Below, in pieces: positions 58,640 through 64,000 of a DNA stretch of 64,000 nt. A program made the position numbers and the translations under genes. Under the pieces are notes generated by a model, which worked only from the letters and a program-made list of their open reading frames with translations, was not told the origin of the DNA and made no database searches. Numbering within the stretch: the stretch's first letter is position 1; every line of letters begins with the position of its first letter. The DNA comes from Sulfurovaceae bacterium (GTDB lineage: Bacteria > Campylobacterota > Campylobacteria > Campylobacterales > Sulfurovaceae), in contig CAWCLM010000004.1 of assembly GCA_963796395.1 (NCBI GenBank), positions 54,666 to 118,665 of the forward strand, given 5' to 3'.

Positions 58640-59497
58640 CTACTTAACATACTCATGAGCCATGTAAGAGCTCCTTGCATACGGCGAAGCGTGTACATAT
58701 TCAAAGCCCATTTCAAGAGCGATCTTTTTATACTCATCAAATTGCTGTGGTGTGACATACTCCACCACCTTTTCATACTCATTGGATGGTGCAAGATACT
58801 GTCCAATGCTTAAAAGTTTACATCCCACCTCTAAAAGGTCTTTCATCACTTGTATCACTTCATCTTGTGTCTCACCAAGCCCCACCATAATCGCACTTTT
58901 GGTTTTCACATCCTCTGGAGCATGGTTCTTGATCTCTCGAAGTACTTCTAAAGATCGTTGATAGTTAGAAGCTTTACGGATATTATAAAGACGTGGCACT
59001 GTCTCCATGTTATGCCCTACGATTACTGCACCGCTGTTGGCTACCGTTTTGATCGACTCCATATTGCCCAGGAAGTCTGGTACAAGAAGTTCTACTTGGG
59101 TACCCGGAATGGTATTGATCACATTTTGTGTTACTTCATAAAATTGCTGTGCTCCGCCATCTTTTAGATCATCTCTTGCAGGACTGGTTATGACGACGAA
59201 CTTTAAACCCAACTGTTTGACCGCATCGGTGACTTGATCGATCTCTTTTCTGTTAACAGGATCAGGCGCTCCCGTAGTGACATTACAGTAGGTACATCTA
59301 CGTGTACAGATGCCGCCTAAGATAAGAAATGTTGCCGTTTTAGCAGCAAAACACTCACTGATATTGGGACATTTGGCCTCTTGGCATATGGTATGGATAC
59401 CGTTCTCTTTTAGAAGCTGATCCATATCTTTTTGGGCTGAAAAAGATATCTTTTTTCTAAGCCACTCCGGTTTACGTTGTTGTCTTTCAAGACGCAT
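58640..59497 (-). CDS. lipA: lipoyl synthase
   Basis: 285 aa with the auxiliary cluster CQEAKCPNISEC and the radical SAM motif CTRRCTYC. Confidence 0.95.
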   Translation of the reverse strand: MRLERQQRKPEWLRKKISFSAQKDMDQLLKENGIHTICQEAKCPNISECFAAKTATFLILGGICTRRCTYCNVTTGAPDPVNRKEIDQVTDAVKQLGLKFVVITSPARDDLKDGGAQQFYEVTQNVINTIPGTQVELLVPDFLGNMESIKTVANSGAVIVGHNMETVPRLYNIRKASNYQRSLEVLREIKNHAPEDVKTKSAIMVGLGETQDEVIQVMKDLLEVGCKLLSIGQYLAPSNEYEKVVEYVTPQQFDEYKKIALEMGFEYVHASPYARSSYMAHEYVK

Positions 59498-60182
59498 CTG
59501 GTAATTCCTGATTTTTTTGTTTAAACTCTATGTGAAAACTTTTTTCAAAAGCTTTAACAAGCAGTTTTTTGGCTTCATCGAAGCTAATAGTGACACCCAG
59601 GTCTTCTAATGAGCTGCCCATTCTATAAACTGAGTTGTCAATGTTTATCGAGCCATGCTGAAAGATTGCCTCTTTGGTTCTTCTTTGAGCATTTCCCCCG
59701 ATCTTTTTACCATCAATTAATATATCATACGGTTCATAACCCTCTTGACAGTATTCGCTTTTAGATAGGTTGACCTCTGCCTCTTTGGCATACATAGGAT
59801 TTAATCCCAATGCACTGTAGAACTCTATAAGAAAGCTGCAGATCAGTTCATAACTCTCTTTGACACTGAGACCTTTGACATAGGATGTAGGGATAACAAG
59901 AGAATATGAGATGTCATTTCCATGAAAAAGTATGCCGCCACCCGTCATCCGTTGCGCATAGTTATCATCATATTTTTTTAGGTCTTCGAAGTTTTTAATC
60001 GTATCGATTTTTTGAGAGACACCGTAGGTATAAGATGTTTCCCACTCATAGACTCTAAAGATAGGTAAATCTGATAAATTAAAACCATCAAACAGCTCTT
60101 TGTCTATGAGCATATTCTCTTTGGCACTTAACTTGTCAGATATGACCAGTGCAAAAGATTTTTTAGTCGTAGAATTTAACAT
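59487..60182 (-). CDS. lipoate-protein ligase / octanoyltransferase-like (BPL_LplA_LipB domain; LipM-like)
   Basis: The N-terminus ..FALVISDKLSAKENMLIDKELF.. resembles LplA/LipM, with a catalytic-Lys region GKKIGGNAQRR. I set the start at ATG 60182; the track ORF, extended to 60266, would lie deep in gcvPB. Confidence 0.7.
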   Translation of the reverse strand: MLNSTTKKSFALVISDKLSAKENMLIDKELFDGFNLSDLPIFRVYEWETSYTYGVSQKIDTIKNFEDLKKYDDNYAQRMTGGGILFHGNDISYSLVIPTSYVKGLSVKESYELICSFLIEFYSALGLNPMYAKEAEVNLSKSEYCQEGYEPYDILIDGKKIGGNAQRRTKEAIFQHGSINIDNSVYRMGSSLEDLGVTISFDEAKKLLVKAFEKSFHIEFKQKNQELPDAS

Positions 60183-61617
60183 CAAGCTCTTTAATAGCCC
60201 GAGTATCATCCGGTCTACAAACCCCAAGCGTTTTTGGATAGTGTCGGAACTCTTCAGGCTTCTCATCTGCCAATTTCACAGCATTGATCATCATATCACA
60301 GAAGTAATCAATGGTTTCTTTATTTTCTGTTTCTGTTGGCTCGATCATGATCGCCTCTTTAACGATCAATGGGAAATAGACTGTAGGTGAATGCAATCCA
60401 AAATCCAGTAGATATTTGGCTATATCCATTGCTGAAACACCTTTTTTTGCTAACGTTTTTGCAGATAAGACACATTCATGCATACACATACCGGCGTATG
60501 GTACATCAAAATGATCTTTTAAGCGTACACGCAGGTAATTGGCATTGAGTACCGCTTTACTACTTGCATCTTTCATCCCGTCTGAGCCAAGAACGGTCAT
60601 ATAGGTAATTGCTCTGAGTGAGATACCGTAGTTTCCAAAGAATGGTGAGATCTTACCGATGGAGTTTTCACCACCTGTAGTGAATGCATACACATCATCC
60701 TCTTTTTTTATCCCAAGGTCTGGTAAGAATGGCTTGAGCTTATCATTAACCCCAACAGGACCGGAACCAGGGCCACCACCACCATGTGGTGTTGCAAACG
60801 TTTTATGCACATTGATATGGATCACATCAAAACCAATGTCTCCTGGACGTGCAACACCCATAATAGCATTCATATTTGCACCATCATAGTACATCATAGC
60901 ATCATACTCATGGGCGATATTACAAAGCTCTTTTATGTGTTTGTTATACATCCCCAGTGTGTTTGGGACAGTGAGCATAACAGCAGCTACTTCATGACTC
61001 ATTTTCTCTTTAAAAGTCTCAAGATCCATAGCACCATTTTCATCAGACTTGATCGTGATCACTTCATATCCAACCATAGATGCAGTTGCAGGGTTTGTTC
61101 CGTGTGAAGAGTCTGGAACGATAACATATTTTCTCTTTTCACCCTTACTCTTATGATACTTATCGATCATCATGACACCCAACATCTCACCATGTGCACC
61201 TGCTTGAGGTGTCGTTGTAAAAGCACTCATACCTGTGACTTCACACAAACTCTTTTCTAGCATATCTATCGTCTCAAGCGAACCTTGCACATCTTCATTG
61301 AAGTTGTTCGTAATGATATGTGGATGAAGGTTAAGATAGCCATCTTGATTAGCCACTCTCTCAGCGATCTTTGGGTTATACTTCATTGTACAGGACCCAA
61401 GCGGATAGAAGTTTTTATCTATAGACATATTTTTGTTCGATAAATTTGTAAAGTGTCTTACAACATCAAACTCGCTTACTTGTGGAAGTCTTGCTTTATT
61501 CTCACGCAGTAATGCACTGTCGATGGTAGCATTTACTTCAACATCCATTGGCGGCAGTTGGATCCCTGCTCTGCCATTGTGCGATTTGTCAAAAATGGTT
61601 TGTATAGTTGTACTCAT
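60163..61617 (-). CDS. gcvPB: glycine dehydrogenase (decarboxylating) subunit 2
   Basis: 484 aa with the PLP-lysine region ..NVHKTF..PHGGGGPG... Confidence 0.95.
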   Translation of the reverse strand: MSTTIQTIFDKSHNGRAGIQLPPMDVEVNATIDSALLRENKARLPQVSEFDVVRHFTNLSNKNMSIDKNFYPLGSCTMKYNPKIAERVANQDGYLNLHPHIITNNFNEDVQGSLETIDMLEKSLCEVTGMSAFTTTPQAGAHGEMLGVMMIDKYHKSKGEKRKYVIVPDSSHGTNPATASMVGYEVITIKSDENGAMDLETFKEKMSHEVAAVMLTVPNTLGMYNKHIKELCNIAHEYDAMMYYDGANMNAIMGVARPGDIGFDVIHINVHKTFATPHGGGGPGSGPVGVNDKLKPFLPDLGIKKEDDVYAFTTGGENSIGKISPFFGNYGISLRAITYMTVLGSDGMKDASSKAVLNANYLRVRLKDHFDVPYAGMCMHECVLSAKTLAKKGVSAMDIAKYLLDFGLHSPTVYFPLIVKEAIMIEPTETENKETIDYFCDMMINAVKLADEKPEEFRHYPKTLGVCRPDDTRAIKELDVKFYD

Positions 61618-62948
61618 AGTACTTCTCCGATCGCAGCTACTAGCGCATCCATCTGTTCTTTACTTCTTTTTTCGGTCACGCTGATCAGTACTTCATTTTT
61701 AAATTCTGCATCAATGTTCGCTAAGTTGATACCTGCATAAAAACCTTTCACTCTAAGCTGCTCTAAAAGATCATCACTCTCTAATGGTGTTGAGATCACA
61801 AATTCATTAAAAGAGTTCTCTTTATTTAAAACTATCACACCATCAACTTTGGCAAGTTCTTCTTTTAAGTAAGTCGCTTTACTAAAACATAAATTAGCCA
61901 TATTTTCTAAACCATTTTCACCTAATAGTGACATAAATATCGTAGATCTTACAGCCACAAGGTTTTGATTTGAACAGATGTTTGAAGTCGCTCTATGACG
62001 TCTGATATGCTGCTCTCTTGCTTGCATTGTCAGAACAAAGATCTCATTGTTATCTTGATCTAATGTACGACCAATAATTCGACCAGGAAGGTCACGGATA
62101 TACTTCTCTTTAGTAGCGATCATTCCAAATGATGGTCCACCAAAATTCATATAGTTGCCAAGACACTGTCCGTCTGCACAGAAGATGTCAGCACCCATAC
62201 TACCCGGATCTTTTAACACACCCAAAGAGATTGGATAAGCTGAGATAACCGCTAAGGCTTTATGTTCATGAAGTTTTTCTATGATCGCAGTGAAATCATC
62301 CATCGTACCATAAAAATTAGGGTTTTGGAAAAGGTAAGCAGCAACAGTATCATCGATCTTATCCAGTACTGACTGGCGGTTGGTTTTGAAGTTTTCAACA
62401 TCGATCACTTCAAACTCAATATCTCTAAATGTCAAATAGGTCTGAACAACTTTGATGTACGTCGGGTTGATACCGCCATCAATGAGGATCTTATTTCTTT
62501 TACGGGCAATTCTGACCGCCATAAGTGCAGACTCAGCCAAGGCACTCGCTCCATCATACATAGAAGCATTTGATACATCCATACCACTAAGTTCACATAC
62601 CATGCTTTGATATTCATAAAGTGTTTGCAGTGTTCCTTGTGAAGCTTCGGCCTGGTAAGGTGTGTAAGAAGTATAAAACTCAGATCTTCCAGCTAGTGCA
62701 TCAACGGCACTTGGGACGATATGATCATAATAGCCGCCACCCATAAAGATAGTTTTGTTCGTTACATTCTTAGCTGCTAAGGTTTTAAACTTTTCAAAGG
62801 TTGAGAACTCATCTAATCCTTCTGGCAGATCAATACCATGTACTTGTAATTCTTTCGGTACGGATGAGAAAAGATCAGATTCATTTTCAAGCCCGATCAC
62901 ATCAAGCATTTGCCTAACTTGTTCGTCTGTATGTGGAGTATATTGCAT
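61614..62948 (-). CDS. gcvPA: glycine dehydrogenase (decarboxylating) subunit 1
   Basis: 444 aa. It has ..YTSYTPYQAE.SQG.LQ.. typical of the P-protein alpha subunit and overlaps gcvPB by 4 nt. Confidence 0.95.
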   Translation of the reverse strand: MQYTPHTDEQVRQMLDVIGLENESDLFSSVPKELQVHGIDLPEGLDEFSTFEKFKTLAAKNVTNKTIFMGGGYYDHIVPSAVDALAGRSEFYTSYTPYQAEASQGTLQTLYEYQSMVCELSGMDVSNASMYDGASALAESALMAVRIARKRNKILIDGGINPTYIKVVQTYLTFRDIEFEVIDVENFKTNRQSVLDKIDDTVAAYLFQNPNFYGTMDDFTAIIEKLHEHKALAVISAYPISLGVLKDPGSMGADIFCADGQCLGNYMNFGGPSFGMIATKEKYIRDLPGRIIGRTLDQDNNEIFVLTMQAREQHIRRHRATSNICSNQNLVAVRSTIFMSLLGENGLENMANLCFSKATYLKEELAKVDGVIVLNKENSFNEFVISTPLESDDLLEQLRVKGFYAGINLANIDAEFKNEVLISVTEKRSKEQMDALVAAIGEVL

Positions 62949-62957
62949 CGTTGTCTC

Positions 62958-63323
62958 TTAGAGTGAATCTACAAAATTTTTGTATTCATCTTCACTCATA
63001 AGTGAGTTTAATTCATCTGCATTGGATACTTTAAGTTTAAATATAAAGGTTCCTTGAGCATCCTCATTTAAAACTTCAGGTTCATCAAGAAGTGATTCGT
63101 TCACCTCACATACTTCACCAGATATCGGTGTATAGATATCTGAAGCAGCTTTCACTGACTCTACAAAAGCTGCACTGTCTCCCATAGAGACTTCACTGTC
63201 AACCTCAGGAAGTTCTATAAAAGTAATATCACCTAATTGCTCAACTGCATATGAAGATATTCCAACAGTTGCAATATCACCATCAATTTCTATCCATTCG
63301 TGTTCTTCGTTATATTTTTTCAT
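62958..63323 (-). CDS. gcvH: glycine cleavage system H protein
   Basis: 121 aa with the lipoyl-lysine motif ESVKAASD. Confidence 0.95.
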   Translation of the reverse strand: MKKYNEEHEWIEIDGDIATVGISSYAVEQLGDITFIELPEVDSEVSMGDSAAFVESVKAASDIYTPISGEVCEVNESLLDEPEVLNEDAQGTFIFKLKVSNADELNSLMSEDEYKNFVDSL

Positions 63324-63391
63324 TTTATTTCGTCCTTAATATATGAATTATCTAATAAATGTTCTTAATATCTTACTATCAATTGAATTTT

Positions 63392-64000
63392 TTATTTTGG
63401 TATAAATGGTAAGCTGGCAATATTTGCTTCTATACTTGACCTTTTATCTCTCAACTCAATACTTACATCCCTATCAAAACCATCTATATCTATCATAGCC
63501 AGCCCTACTCCAACATTTAAAATTGGAGAAAATGCACCTGAGGTTACAAAACCCACTTTTTTGTCATTTTGATACACTTCAAAATCTTTTCGTGCACTTC
63601 TTCGTGTAGTTGTTTTAAATGGTAATAAAATTCTTGTTAGTCCATCTTCTTTTTGTTTTTCTAACGCTGCTTTACCTACATACTCTCTTTTGAGATTAAC
63701 AAACTTTCCTAGATTTGCCTCAAGTGGTGTAATTTCTTCATTTAGATCATTGCCATAAAGGCTGTATCCCATCTCAAGTCGTAAGATGTCCCTCGCACCA
63801 AGTCCTGCTGGTTTTACACCATCGGCGATCAATGCATCCCATAACTTCACTGAAGTAGTATTATCAACATAGAGTTCGTAGCCGAGTTCTCCTGTATAAC
63901 CAGTTCGACTTAATATACAATCATTATCAAATACTTTGGTTTTTGCAAACGAGAAGAAAGCTAGCTCATCTAAAGTAGTACCAAAATATTTTTCTAAAAT
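63392..64000 (-). CDS. gcvT: aminomethyltransferase (glycine cleavage T protein), 3' part; the gene continues beyond the right window edge
   Basis: The track shows only the internal-Met ORF 63392-63850. The frame stays open to position 64000 and upstream reads ..SRTGYTGELGYELYV.., a GcvT signature. Confidence 0.9.
   Translation of the reverse strand: MLEKYFGTTLDELAFFSFAKTKVFDNDCILSRTGYTGELGYELYVDNTTSVKLWDALIADGVKPAGLGARDILRLEMGYSLYGNDLNEEITPLEANLGKFVNLKREYVGKAALEKQKEDGLTRILLPFKTTTRRSARKDFEVYQNDKKVGFVTSGAFSPILNVGVGLAMIDIDGFDRDVSIELRDKRSSIEANIASLPFIPK

Noticed and set aside
59487-60266. Track start codons that extend ORFs into upstream genes. They are the LipM-like ORF to 60266, the HTH ORF to 24679, HDAC from GTG 24345, rlpA from 9642 and the antiporter from GTG 2405.
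   Set aside because: In each case a downstream in-frame start has a better RBS, or removes an implausibly long overlap, and matches the expected family N-terminus. The shorter models are used in the feature list.
1-64000. A window-wide look for CRISPR arrays, tRNA/rRNA genes, IS transposases, integrases, reverse transcriptases and toxin-antitoxin pairs.
   Set aside because: I saw no regularly spaced direct repeats, no cloverleaf-like or rRNA-like segments in the intergenic regions, and no ORF with transposase, integrase or RT motifs. This rests on inspection by eye, so small RNAs could have been missed.

Overview
AT-rich, gene-dense bacterial chromosomal segment with about 65 protein-coding genes, many overlapping by 1-20 nt. 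Gene content and order (cbpA-hspR operon, kdsC-lptC-lptA-engB, two-gene pqiA, PBP2 context) resemble Campylobacterota of the Sulfurovum/Sulfurimonas type; that taxon call is an inference. I recognised no rRNA, tRNA, CRISPR array, transposase or integrase. The left 19 kb is housekeeping: hemF (partial), queC, ybeY, mrdA, engB, lptA/lptC/kdsC, hisB, rlpA, mltD-like, tatD, recN, nadK, aspS, adk. The right 14 kb is also housekeeping: cbpA-hspR, purH, purL and a seven-gene glycine-cleavage plus lipoylation operon (gcvT-gcvH-gcvPA-gcvPB-lipM-like-lipA-lpd). The central part (about 17.5-46.7 kb) looks most accessory and is dominated by envelope and transport functions. It holds a twice-frameshifted FadL-family porin gene and an orphan RND pump split into two translationally coupled halves, the second with a long unusual cytoplasmic tail. 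It also holds an HTH/coiled-coil gene next to an HDAC-family gene and three tandem secreted SYLF-domain paralogs. A five-gene MMPL / LolA-like / DUF1302-like / secreted Cys-rich protein / radical SAM-SPASM cluster follows, in which the Cys-rich gene has an apparent frameshift. Then come a tetR-tolC-MFP-acrB operon with a palindromic operator, a PqiA(x2)-PqiB-PqiC system, and a coupled RNase T2 - Pif1-like helicase - transporter unit. The non-coding item of most interest is a 247-nt element, densely packed with inverted repeats, that exactly fills the ybeY-antiporter intergenic space. The candidates I rank highest for an undescribed system are the MMPL-to-radical-SAM cluster, the split RND with its repeat/TPR/Lys-Glu tail, and the RNase T2-Pif1 unit. 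All functional calls rest on motif recognition by eye; no database searches were run.
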